The notes under the pieces were generated by a model that saw only the letters and a list, made by a program, of their open reading frames with translations, was not told where the DNA came from and made no database searches. A DNA stretch of 64,000 nt from Amphiscolops sp. MND2022. Taxonomy: Eukaryota. Positions 36,562 through 49,296 of this stretch are shown here, piece by piece. The stretch lies in assembly GCA_964187785.1 (NCBI GenBank), contig OZ076409.1, positions 78,246,001 through 78,310,000 of the forward strand. Reading direction: 5' to 3'. Both the position numbers and the translations under genes were made by a program. Each line of letters opens with the position of its first letter. Position 1 is the first letter of the stretch.

Positions 36562-37347
36562 ATGCAGAGGTATAACTTAACTAAAAAGCTCTTTGATCTT
36601 GAAGAAGACTCAGAAAGTTCAGTGGATTCAGTTATCTACATCTCAAGTGACAGTGAGAATGAAGTCTCAAGTTCCTGGGACTCAGACTGGTCCACGGATA
36701 CAGAAGAGATCATAGAAAGAATAGAACGAGAGGTGAAAGCAGCTCCAATCCCTATAGCGAGACGCGGGATGACGACGGAAGATTTAGATGACGAGATGAC
36801 AGCTGGACCAAGCAGTGCATGGCCTGTTCCGCCCTCTACCCCTAAACTGGGATTCGAGTATTTTAACAAGGAAATGTGCTTGGCCCCATCGAAAAAACAA
36901 AGAAAATCAAAAGTCGAGCTCTGTGCAACTGTATTACCCGTTCTGGAGTCCCCACAGTCTCCTCCTGACCATGAAAGAGGACCGAGCATTGACACCCCTC
37001 TTGCGCAGTCAACCTCTGGACCTTTCTATGCGTCCTATCATGTGCAAAATATCGAGCCTTACCAGGATGTGAGCCAAAATTTGCACACAGGCTGTATGGT
37101 ATGTGGCAAGTCGAGAGATCAAATAAAAGCAGAAAAGGTGAACTGGTACATGCAAAGATCGACACCTAGCAGTGAGCCCGCTTATATTACCGCCCTACGA
37201 CGAGAGGCTTATGAAAATGGCTTGAACGCAGGAAGCTTACTTTTCCTAACACCCGCCGTGTCGCAGGCTGCCGCCTGTGATGGTACAAGGATCACTACTA
37301 CCGCAGAAGGACAGGAAATAGCGGCCGGAACTCTACCAATATATTAG
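36562..37347 (+). CDS. Accessory ORF, 261 aa: acidic N-terminus, CxxC motif, ends inside the 3' LTR
   Basis: Intact ATG-to-stop ORF; its C-terminal part is conserved at protein level in element 1 (5850-6102). Confidence 0.78.
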   Translation: MQRYNLTKKLFDLEEDSESSVDSVIYISSDSENEVSSSWDSDWSTDTEEIIERIEREVKAAPIPIARRGMTTEDLDDEMTAGPSSAWPVPPSTPKLGFEYFNKEMCLAPSKKQRKSKVELCATVLPVLESPQSPPDHERGPSIDTPLAQSTSGPFYASYHVQNIEPYQDVSQNLHTGCMVCGKSRDQIKAEKVNWYMQRSTPSSEPAYITALRREAYENGLNAGSLLFLTPAVSQAAACDGTRITTTAEGQEIAAGTLPIY

Positions 37348-39197
37348 AGGTAAACATTAAAAACACAAACTTTGCTATTATTTTTTAGTCTACAAGTTGT
37401 ACCTGTTATCGTTGCGAATTTTAAAGATAGTATAAAGTTTGTTGATATTAGTCCGTTAATGCCAACATTTGAAAATTCAGATGCTGTATTGATAATTGTA
37501 AGAGCTAGAAGTGCAGTATGAACACGCTGTTATAGCAAAAGATAGGCAGCTAGAAAGCGTAAAGGAAACGAGTTCAAGTGAACGTAACTCCAATTCCGGA
37601 GACGTCACTTGAGCTCAACCTGTTAGCCAATCATATTCATCCATTTGAGTAATAGTAGTGCTGTATTTAATTAATGGCCGGTTTAGGCCATATGCCGGAA
37701 TTTCACCTTTATCTATTGGCGCTTTAGTCAAACGGCCGGTTCCGGCCTTAATGTTCAGATGAAAGAATATTAATGCGAGCACTGTTGTGTTTCGTTTAAT
37801 AGTAGTCTAATCACGTTGCTGTACTAATTAAACGTTCATTTTAGCTAATTGGCGCTTTATTTTATCCATTCCAATATTAGGCCGAATAAGGCCATTTGCC
37901 TGACTTCTATCCTCTGTTGCTGTGACCAATTGGACAGTGGCCGGTTGAGGCCCCTTTTCAATACTATTATTCAGATGCTAATTACAATCATTTAGTATAC
38001 TTTAAATGTCATGTATAATTACAAGTACGTCGTAAAGACTCATGTAACTTTTGAAATTAATTGGTGTAATCAATACCAATGTATGATGTTGCTACCAATA
38101 TTAGTCCAAAGGACATGTCTGACCATATTTACTAGTTGACACGTGGAATCTGTGTGCATATTATATAAAGGAAAATATGTGCTGTTACATGTAACATTGC
38201 TGTATACAAGTTGATCTAGCCTGCTAACGGGGCACGTGCCGACACGAGATTGTCAGCATTCCTGAAGTATTAGCGGCGTAAACATTTTAATCGATGCTAT
38301 TTGATGTACCGTGTGCCTTTTGAATACTTGTTATACTTGTCAAAACAGGAATTTGATCGGCCGCGTGACCTTACGATCACGATTCGGCGGCACTTTGATG
38401 CTTGCATAGTCGAGTTAAGTCAGGTGCTTTCGGAATGTGTTTGTAACATTTTTTGGCTGTTTGCGTCATGTTTATCCCGCCCAAGGAAGTATATATAGGG
38501 GCAACTTCCTTTGGGTGGACACAATTTTGTTTTGCTCCTAATATTCAGTTGATAACACTTTCTCGTTAACAATCATCAATTCTGTTTTCCGGTTTTAATA
38601 ATTTAACTATTCAACCCGGTTTAGTCTTAATGCCTACTACTAGAAAACAAAAGAAGGCAAGGAAATCTAGAGGATTAGAGATTCTCTCTGACATTGAAAA
38701 CCTTGACATAATGTTAGGTGAAAATCACTTCAATGACATGAGGAGAGACGAAAGCCTCGATGGAACTTCCATTAGAAGGCAGGAAAGTGTTACAAGCAAT
38801 AACTTAGAAAATGAGGAAATGAATCTCCATTCTGATCATAGAAATCCCGAAACTGGGACTAGTGCCGGTTACGACCGAACCACAGCGAGTATAGATTCTC
38901 AAGCTGAGATCAATAAGTTATCGTGTGAACTAAACTCTAGAATATCTAGGGAGATGGATGAGATGATGAACAGCGTTAGTTCTCAAATCCAGAGAGCCAT
39001 AAGTGATGCCATCAATAACCAAGTTTTGCCACAAATTCAAAACGTTATTATGGCTGGTTCAGGACAAGAGACTAGAAGGGGATGGGAGAGATCCGACGAG
39101 AGACCGGAAAGTTATTCCGAAGTTCAGTATAACGCGAAAACTAGAACTACCCTCAATAATGAACACGGTGATAGAATACATCGTAATGTTCATGACA
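37259..39197 (+). repeat. 3' LTR (1939 bp), includes a copy of gag codons 1-189 (ORF 38630-39205)
   Basis: Direct repeat of 22875-24801; ends CATGACA then TSD. Confidence 0.96.
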
Positions 39198-40144
39198 TAT
39201 ACTAAGTTGGAAACATGGATGTATTAAAAAAATTTAAAATACAGAAGTGATTTGAAGTTGCTAGAAAGAGATATTGAGAATTTAAACAGATCTTACGAAT
39301 CTGATGTGGACATGGATGAAATTGAATCAAGAAGAAAGAAAACTCGTCAAATAAGAATGAAATTAGAACTGATTCGGCATTAAACTACTAGGATTCTGGA
39401 GGCTGCAGGAGATTAACCATAGGATGACCGAGAAGATCGATGGGATGACGAGATGAGTACATGAAATGCGCAAATTAACAGGGTCATAAATGCTGCAGTT
39501 AACCAGAGAATAATTCGTCAAACACAAATCGCAGTAAGCGCGTTCATTGATAAGTGAATTGAAGACATGGTTGTGATTCTTCCGTTGGACCTCATAAGGA
39601 AATTGACTGTGACGCTCCCTGCAATTCAAACAGAAAATGAACGAGATGAACCCTTTTAAAAAAGATAAGGAACATTCATTTTACTTAGTCTGCTTATTTG
39701 AGTCAATTTCGGTCAAGTTAATGCACCGAAGTGCAAGTTAAAGATCAGTTAATCTTTCTTTCACCGGCTTGAAATGGTTTAAAGAGTATTATATTAAACG
39801 AAGCCCTTATGTCCGAAGACAAGGAAATATGTGCGAAAACAACTCATGCATTTAATATTGATGAATTTTTTTTGTAAAAAAACTAAAACTCAAAAACAAA
39901 ACCAAGATGAAAGTTTATTATCAATGACACTTAAGCAATTAGAAAATATACAAAAAAAAACATTTCGAAACTGCCAACATTGGGGCTCGTTTGAAATCTT
40001 TTCGAGGTGAGGAGACTACTAAATGATTCGTAATCCAGAAACTTGCAGCACGTGTTTTTTTTAGTTTCAGGTGGTTTTGTTCCCCGTTTTTGGGACATGC
40101 AAAAAAGTAATGAGAGAACACTACAGTTTAATTAATTTCTACAG

Positions 40145-40378
40145 ATAGAAGGTGGTACTCACAATGAAACATGGATGGCCGCTGGGTACTACGAATCAGT
40201 GAAAAAGTTTATAGATGAAGTATTCGGCGAAGATTCTAAAAGTGCCCCTCTAGAAGTTGGGCAACCGAAGGTGTCAAACGATGCAGACACCATCTTCCCA
40301 CCCCGTCGTAGTTTTGCCTCCACTGCATTACACAATGATGACACTGGCCAAGGTGAATCAAACATAAAGCGGGTTTAA
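40145..40378 (+). CDS. ABHD13: ABHD13-like terminal exon 7 (catalytic His)
   Basis: TTTCTACAG acceptor; IEGGTHNETWMAAGYYESVKKFIDEV matches the ABHD13 GTHNDTW..GYF..FIKEV segment; TAA at 40376-40378. Confidence 0.92.
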   Translation: MEGGTHNETWMAAGYYESVKKFIDEVFGEDSKSAPLEVGQPKVSNDADTIFPPRRSFASTALHNDDTGQGESNIKRV

Positions 40379-43300
40379 ACTTCCCGCTCACTGCTACCTT
40401 ACCGTACTGTAAACAGTGCCATTTTATTGTGATTCAACTCAAAGTACATTCAACTCTGTAATCGTTGTGAGAATTGACAATTGAAAGATCCTTGCAAAAA
40501 GTTTTGGGAAATTTAATAACAAGAGGCCTGCTGAACACTTCATGGCGTATTCAATGCTCGAGCAAAGCCAATAAATTTATCCCAACAAAAAGGTTTAAAT
40601 TTGTACATGAAGTTCTGCACATCATTGAACCATAGGATCTTTTTCAAAAAATATGTATCGAAACTCATCTTTTTTCGTTGAATTATGTGGATGAAACAGC
40701 TGAGGCAATTGTTTTCCTTCCTCACATATGAAGGGGTGGAAATAAGTTGGAACGATGCAAAAGTATTTTCAGGCTTCAATGGCGTCAAGAATACGACGAA
40801 ACTTTCATTTTTAAATGACACGATTACTTGCAAGAAAAAGTTTTAAAAACAACATGTCGCTGGAAAATAAGATGCCTGTTACACCCTCACTAGTGGTTGA
40901 TAATAGCAGAACGTGTTGCTCCGCCGGAAAAAAATATGGGAAAAACGTTTTTTTTTAAAACTTCAGTCTATTAAAAAAAGAAGCTGAATCTTTCTTTTCT
41001 GCCGAATTAATTCTGCGAGACATAATCTGAATTAGAATTTAACAGGGCATACGATCATACAAAAACATCTAGCCATGAAAATTCATATATGGTGATATAT
41101 GAAATCAGCTGTTATACAATGAACAACCTCTTCTATTAAATTGTCCAGGAAAAACACTTGCAGTTTCCTTTACACTCGATAACTTGCGGAAATCCTTCTT
41201 CCAATTCAGGGCAAAAACTTTTGTAAAGGACTTTAATTTACAATACAACCAATTCCACTTAAAGCGTTAGAATTCAAATGAATGTTATATTTTTTCAAGT
41301 GTTTGTCGCTGTAAATATGTGTGATAAACCTCTGTCTTTCCAGCCTTCTTTACGCGAAGCTAATAAAGCGTTCACAGTTTTGGATCTTTGAGGTAGAGTA
41401 TACCAAGTACAAAAACAACAAAATAGCAAGATCTGATAACTCTTGCGTTGAATCTGCAAATTTCGTGGAAGAGCGTTTCTGTAATAAATAGTCACCTCCA
41501 ATGATACGACCAACAGTATCGTAACTCTCCTATTTCGGCATAAAACTATGTGTCCAACACAAGCTCCTGGTAGCGATAGGACGTTAAAATTCGCTATATC
41601 AAATTCTTTGTATTTACTATCAACAATAGGCATTTTTAGTGTCTTCGGCGATTTGAATAGCTGATATCGCATCTATAACGTTCGTTTAGGACACTAGTGT
41701 GCACAATAAACAAATATTCGTAGTCGATGAAGCAATTACAGCGCCTTTGAATTTCAATTGTCTTTTCTATAGAACATGAAATAGTGTAACATCTGAGAAA
41801 TAGATTATTTTCCTGTAGATCTCTTTCATCTAACTGACTTCTTAAGAACAAGGGCAAAACCTGTCTGTCTGATGACGATGAAACGTTTAAAACCACAAGA
41901 TTGAAGCAATAACTTTAAGTGCATGTAAAATATCGAATCAACTTGTTTTTACTAGGCAATTAAAAGTTGGTCAAATACAAATCAAAATATGTAGGAAATA
42001 AATAAAATTTTGAACAATTAATTTCAAAAATATGCTGCTTTGGGTATTCGAATCGAAGTTGAGGATCGACTGTTTGATAAGGTAGTTAGTTCTGTCCTTC
42101 GTTTCAGCTAGATTGGAGTCAATTAGCATGTACAGTAAATTACATAAACTGTCATGATTACAATCAAATGAACGGGCATCTTAAAGGTTCTTTACGATAC
42201 AACAAAGTTAACAAGCTGTACATTTTTGAGGCGATAAAATCAATAAAGTCATTGGATTATCAACATCACCAGTACACACTTGCATGATGTTATGGTTACC
42301 GAATATTGTTTTTATTTCATTTCAAAAACTTCTATCCGTCTACAAAACTCTTGCGGCTTCCTCATCATACTAGTTATAAACCAAATATGACCTACTTAAG
42401 TCATTAATTATATAAACAGAGGTGAAAACCAAAACGCGCAACGCCATGCTCAAAAATGGAGGACGCAGAACACGAAAAGAATTTTTTTCTTCGATTCGCA
42501 ATTTTTGATCTAGATCGCTTCTATGGGTCAAATGTGATCGATTTGGGTGCAAACTAGCGCTAAAATGCAATTCTATACCATTTTACAGCCTTTTGCCGGA
42601 CTAAATTGACGTATTTGTCCTTCAAATTTTTTAAATCTGGTTTGAAGCGCCAACAGTCTGTTTAGGGAATAAATGTTTTCCATACACAGCAAATGACAAC
42701 AACGTAGTCACTGACGCACCTGTTGGTGCATTTTTGGCTTTTGACTGCTCCTAAACCATCAATCAATTTTTTTTAAAAAAAAAACGTGGGAATATAATAA
42801 CAATTGTCAGTTTTGGGTATCTGATGCTGATTTTTTCTTAATTGATTTCGTTTGCAGCACAAATCTTCGAGCAAAAAACTGGAGAAAAATTCTTCACTAT
42901 AAATAATCTTGTCCATACAATGAGACAATGTAGTTCAAACAGCCAGTGGCTGTAAATTAAAAAGCAAAACTAACGCAATTTTTTATTAGAATTTCAACAG
43001 TTTTAGGACGATGCTTTGATCTAGATACAAACAAGAATAATTCTAGTTTTTCTCTAAAATTGATCTGAAAAGAGGCGTTTTGTAACAAGATTTCTCGATC
43101 AAAAAGACATGAAATCAACAAAACTACAGTACAATTCATAAGTATTAGACGATATAATTGCAGAATTCAGGTGGAAATCGGTCGACATATTGATCTAGAT
43201 ACAAACTAATATATTCTACATTTTCTCTAAAATTGATCTGAATAGAGGCGTTTTCCTGCAATTCCGTCAAAATCCATCCCCAAAACCATCAAAAACCCAC

Positions 43301-44088
43301 CTAATGCTAACGAAAATCTTGCCTATCTTGCGGCTTCAGGATGCGTGGTGCTGAAAAGCGCCCTTAATGCTACCTGGGTCATTAAGGTAACCCTAGAATT
43401 CCATTAATAGCGATAAACAACAATAAACAACAAATAAACCTCCATTTTATGAGAACCGACACGCACAGAAAGTTTTGCCTAATTTGAACGAATTTTTCAA
43501 CATGGCAAATCATGAATGAATCATGGATAACAATCATGGATGAAAATCCATGAAGCGTCACTCTGCCATGAATCATCGATGTTTTTCCATGAATAAGTAT
43601 GTAATGTGTTTAAAAATCCATGATCATGGATGAATATCCATGAATTAGCCATGATGGTCAACCAGGGCATTCACTACTCAAACTTTGTTTTCAAGCACAA
43701 CCGAAAAGTTTTTGATTAGAGGTGAAGCAGCGCTCCGAAAAGACTTTTTGTAGACAAATATATTGGAGATATCAATAGGATTATCAGTTGGATCAAAAGC
43801 GAGTTAGAGTGTTGGCCTAAATCACAATCCAATTGATTCGATTTTGAGCAGTGCATTTTCAAACATGAACAAAAATCTAATATTGGAACGCGTCATCTCT
43901 TTTCTCTCATGAAAATATTTTGATTATGATGATACATTGATTATGAAAAGATTGTTGAAACTTTGCAAAGTAGAGGCAGCTTGAAATATTTTGAAACTTT
44001 ATGGCCAAGCCTTTCTGAAAACAAAGTCTGGCTGAAAATGTAGCTTAATTCGGATCAAGTGTTTCTTCTATTATAAAGCTTGTTATAG

Positions 44089-47000
44089 TGTGGTAAATGC
44101 TATTGAAGTCATGAAAGTGTTAAAGTTGTCAGTTGTAAATATGTATCAACACTACCTGTCAAAAGTCTAGCTTAAGATTATTTTGCTAGAGCCAGTTGCC
44201 ACAGAGCTTTGAGAAAAGATACACGTTCTAAAAAAACACTTCAATTCATCATATTGTATAATACATTCTTAATCCTCTACATCTTTTACAATTTCCATTC
44301 GAGTTCCACGTTAACATGGCGCTGCGAACAGAAAGCAGCAATTCATCCTCTTAAACATTGTCAACAACGGCAATGTCGCACCTCGTCGGGTTACCAGTGT
44401 CCTGGCATGAGGCCAATTCAACCCCTACCATGGAATGGGGCAATTGGCTGGATTTATTCCAAGTGGCTGTCATGGCCAAGTTCTCTACCTCAACCACAGA
44501 GTTGACTCGTGAAGTGAATGAGCAGACTCCAAGGGCCCGAGCTTTCTTAGGGGATATGGACGAAGACCCTGCCAAAAAAAGTAGCCAGTGTGCTGTATCT
44601 GTCACTTGGAGAGGCGGCAAGGAAGCTATTCAAAGATAAATACCCCCATACAACCCTCTGGAACTTAAAGGTGAGGGAACTGATACAGCTAGCAACGGAC
44701 TGCTTCCTAATAAAAAGAAACCGTACCATCGACCGTCATAAATTCTTTTCAAGAATGCAGCAAACCAGAGAGACACTTCAACAATTCTGGCACACGTTAA
44801 ATGGTTTAGCAGCCCTGTGCGATTTTGGAGAAATAATGGAAACCCTCGTGCTAGACATGTTCATTCTGTCTAGTGCAGGAAAAACTTTGCACTGAAGCCC
44901 ATGAGCCAGATCAGGCCTTGGAATTTGCAATTGCGTTTGAGGAGGGGGTGGAAAGACAGAAGCCATATGGCTTACAGACAGCAGAAATCCCAAAAATTGC
45001 GGTGAAAACCGAGCCTGTATATGCAATCCAAAAATCATCTAACTCACAGGAATTCTTCAGACGTGGGGAATCCCACTTTACCCCGGATCACATAAAACTA
45101 TGTACAGCAACAAACAATCGATCTAATTTTTGTAAAATTGTGGGGCACGTAGAAAAGTGCTGCAACAAGAAGTTCCCCAAACGTCAAAAAGAAAAGCTGC
45201 AAAGGTTGAAGTCCAAAAACAACAAATTTCAAGAAATGCGAAGAGTAAATTATATCGACGACGAAAGTGAAAGTGACGAATCTGACAGCAACGAAGAGCA
45301 ATTAGTTCTCCAAATCGACGGAAGCGGAAGCAAACCCTTCTACATGGAAGGAACTATGTGCGGAAATTAATTTAAAGCGATCATTAATACTGGTTCCCCC
45401 ATATCTATTTTTACTAAACGAGATTTGACCAAAATCATCGGGGAAAGAAAGCTGGTAATCATGGACATGGTTGACAACGAGCGATATGTAGATTACAATA
45501 AAAGACTTCTGGATTTATTGGGCGACCAATTTGTGCGCCAGGAAATTGCCGGTGTCACAGTCTCGAATATAAGAGTGTTGGTGGCGCCAAATAGCGGAAA
45601 GTCGATAATCGGCCGCGATTGGCTAATTAATCTGCGTTACAAAATGCGTCAGCCAATAGAAAGAGGTGAGTGCAAAGTAAACACTGTATTTGTAAAGTGC
45701 GCAAAAGCGGTGAGTGAGATAAGTCCCAAAGAAAACATCAGCCCCGAGATTCAGCAAGTAATGCGGGAGTTTCCAGATTTGTTTAAACGGAAAGCTCGGG
45801 TAAAAAATTACGAAATCAAAATCGATATGAAAGATAATGCAAAAATATCACAGCAAAAAGGCCGTCGAAGTACTATTCAACTACAGGAGCAAGTAGAAAA
45901 AGAAATTGAAAAATTGCTAAAAGATGGCCACATTGAAAAAGTAGTAAAAATTCAAGATGACGTATTTACTCAATTGACAGTTATTACAGTTAAAAAGGAC
46001 AAATAGGCGAAAATAGCGCTGGATGCACGCGCGCAAAATGAATCTATAGCAAAAGATGAATACCAAATGCCCAACCTAGATAATTTGATTGACATGATTG
46101 CGGAGGAATTGGAAAAAAGTGAAGGGGAAGCCTGGTATTCGTCTGTAGATATGCCTTATGCTTATGGACAAATACCGCTACATGAATTAACAAAAAGACA
46201 TTGTAAATTTCAAATAGTCAGAGGAAAATCCACCGGTAGATATCGATTTACCACTGGGTATTATGGACGGATTGTAATGCCAACTGAATTCCAAAAATTA
46301 TTGGATTTGACGCTAGCCATTATAAATAGTGTGTTTGTGTAAAAGGTGACATTTTAATTGTAACCAAGGGAACCAAGCAAGAGCATGTAAATGAAGCAAG
46401 AGAAGTTATGAGAGTGTTTGTCGACGCCATTTTACTAAAGGCGGGGAAATGCATAATTGCTCAAGAGAGCATAGAATGGCTAGGCTTCAAATTATTGCGA
46501 ACAGGCATTTCCCCGAACAATACAAAATCCCAGGGTATCAGTGAAAGATTGCGACCGACCAATTTGAAACAATTACTCATTTCTGGGGGCAGTCAATCAG
46601 TTTAATAAGTTTCTACCTAGTTTACCTTGAATTAGTTTTCCTTTTAGATCCTTTTTAAAGGAGGTTGCAGAGTGGGAATGGAATAACAGTCATGAGAAAG
46701 CTTTTGTACAAATTAATGAAGAAATCAAGAACTTTGTAGACTGATCACATTTTGAAAGGAACCAAGAAATTAGAATTATTTGTGATGCAAGCAAAAAAGG
46801 ATAGGTGCAGTGTTGCAACAAAAGGAAAATAAGAATGAACGGAGACCAATTTGCTTTGAATCACGCTTTTTAACAGATTAGGAAATAAAATACTCCATTA
46901 ATGAACTGGAGTTATTAGCTATAGTATGAGCAGTCAAACATTTTATCAATTATGTATATGGTGTACAGTTTAAAGTGATTTCAGATCACAAAGCGTCAAT

Positions 47001-49296
47001 GTCAGTATTGAAACCAAATAGGGGAAACAAGACTTTTTCGAGCAGATTAACCAGATGAGTAGATAGATAACCACCCTTCGAATTTGAAGTAGTACATGTA
47101 GCTGGGAGAACATTAGGGATGGCAGACTACCTATCCCGTCATCCAACTGAGTTTTAAGGAGCATCGTTAAAAGCTGAAGCACTATGGAATGAATGGTTGA
47201 CTGTAATTAGTGTAATTAGTTTGAAAGATGTTTTAGAAGAGGGGACGCTAGCAAGCAGGCCAAGCGAGAGTGAAAGAATTAGCGTAAAGTGCATAAATCA
47301 GGCCAAAGTACGCGAGCCAGTCAGAGAGCGGGACAAACGCAATTCGCGAGAATGAAGTAAGATTCATTGTGCCACAAATTTAAACGAATCAAGCATGAGC
47401 GGAAGTTCCACGATTCAATTGCTCAATGAGAAATTATTACCGGCAAACTATTCCGCCGACAAAACGATACAACGTGTTATCGCAATTGTAAAAAATTACA
47501 ATGAAACAGCAGTAAGTCGCCTCCCGCCCCCCTGTCGAGAGAAGTTTCAGTCGTTCTCAATTGATGAACGTAACTTCCTATATATGGACAATCGTTTGGG
47601 TTTTCCCCAATCAATGCGAGCTATGATAATGTGTTCGCTCCGTTATGGACATCCCGGTCGCGATGCGATGTTATTGATGGTGGGTGACATTTGGTGGCCC
47701 CGAATTCACCGAGAGGTGATCGATCAAGAGCGCCTTTGTGAGCAATGCTTACAATCAGGTAAGAATTTAAATTGTATCCAAAGCAGAAAAGAAACAGGAA
47801 AAATCTATAAAACAAAAGAGCAAAATGAGGAAATAGCATTAGATTTTGCCGGCCCCTTTCAAAATGCGAGGGAAGGAAATAAATATTTACAAGTATCAAT
47901 TGATCATTTTTCGGGATGGCCGGACGCAAAATTCTTACGTTGCCCGACTACGAAAAAGGTATTTGAATTTTTGAAACGATACATTGTTCAATTTGGAGTC
48001 TCAAAGAAAATAAGAACAGACCCCGTCACAGTGCTTGTAAGTGAAGAATTCGCCCGGTTTTGTAAACAATTCGGAATAGAACATATAACTTGTCCGGTGC
48101 CTGATCATAGGGGAAATGGCAAAATGGAACGACTCATAAGACCGATCAATGAACGCGTGCGAACGAATAAACAAACATTAGTACCAAAGGGCCAATCAGG
48201 ACTGTCAGAAGTTTTGTACGCGCTACAAATAAGCAAAAAGAAGGACGGTAGTTCGCCCTTTGAAAAGCAATGGGGGAGGGAACCTAACACGGTGAAATCG
48301 AACTTAGTTTCAAAACTGCTGGATATTTCAGAACAGTACCCGGACCTTCAATTTGACAATTCTGACTTCCAAGACGAGCTAAATTATTCCACATCACCAT
48401 GCTGCCTGAGGTATCAAGCAAACCGAAAATGTATGGGAAGCGAGATGTGGTCATCGCAAAAAAGCGCAAAAGGAAAGGTCCCGCAACAACACTAACAAAA
48501 CAAGCAAAAAGAAGAAAAGAGCAAGAATCGAGACCACATCAGATTCGGACAGCACTGGGTGCACGAAAGAGCCAAAAAAGAGCCAGAAGAAAATAGCCCT
48601 GCAGTTTGCGACAGTAGCATTCGAGATGAACAACGAGGAAGAAGCGAGGCCCCTCTTAGTCTCTTAGTAAACATAACAGCAAGCAGCACAGAAGAGGAAA
48701 TGAGCAGAAAGAAGCGGGAGCAGAGAGGTGCCCCTGACGAAAAGACGGGGAATGCGCAGAACCCCGAGAAAGCGACTTGCCCCAAAAAGGCTACAACGAA
48801 GTGGGAGGTAGAAGAGAAGCCGCAAGAACCCATCAAGAGAGCATCGGAGAGAGTCCGAAAGCCCACAAAACGATATGGGATTGATCTGGATTCAACTGGA
48901 TACGGAGTCAGAAAACTAGACTGAAAAATGAAGCAATTAAACTTATGTCCAAATTCTCCCAAAAGGAGAAAGGTGATAGATGCTATTGAAGTCATGAAAG
49001 TGTTAAAGTGGTCAGTTGTAAATATGTATCAACACTACCTGTCAAAAGTCTAACTTAAAATTATTTTGCTAGAGCCAGTTTCCACAGAGACACGTTAAGA
49101 CACAAAAGATACACGTTCTAAAAAACACTTCAATTCATCATACTGTATAATACATTCTTTGTCCTCTACACGTTAAACAGACACGTTAAACACAAAAGAT
49201 ACACGTTCTAAAAAAACACTTCAATTCATCATACTGTATAATACATTCTTTGTCCTCTACATCTTTTACAATTTCCATTCGAGTTCCACGTTAACA
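44089..49296 (+). mobile_element. Decayed Ty3/Gypsy element, Mag-like, short LTRs (44089-44316; 48972-49296)
   Basis: TSD TATAG (44084-44088, 49297-49301); PBS TGGCGCTGCG at 44317 (tRNA-Ser-like); PPT AAAAGGAGAAA at 48961. Confidence 0.9.
44358..48924 (+). pseudogene. gag-pol of the Mag-like element, many stops and frameshifts
   Basis: RHKFFSRMQQ..LAALCDFG gag; CKIVGHVEKCC knuckle; IINTGS protease; AYGQIPL RT; CDAS RNase H; HPG..CEQC, LDFAGP and NGKMER integrase. Confidence 0.9.

Larger units (their letters stand above)
22875..39197 (+). mobile_element. Full-length 16.3-kb Ty3/Gypsy LTR retrotransposon with accessory genes, in ABHD13 intron 6
   Basis: TG..CA termini; 5-bp TSD TATAC (22870-22874, 39198-39202); ~1.9-kb direct repeats; gag then PR-RT-RH-IN order. 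Confidence 0.97.

Noticed and set aside
31362..37347. env gene
   Set aside because: No signal peptide, furin site plus fusion peptide, or C-terminal TM anchor is evident; the main ORF is antisense and looks nuclear.
38630..39205. Separate gene or start of a second element
   Set aside because: It is the gag segment inside the 3' LTR; similarity stops at CA and the TSD.
40540..42570. Possible exons of a neighbouring gene
   Set aside because: No recognisable domain or consistent splice chain could be built by eye.
43014..43668. ~65-bp direct duplication (43016/43190) and a CATGA-rich MITE-like patch
   Set aside because: Ends and TSD are not convincing; likely old repeat debris.
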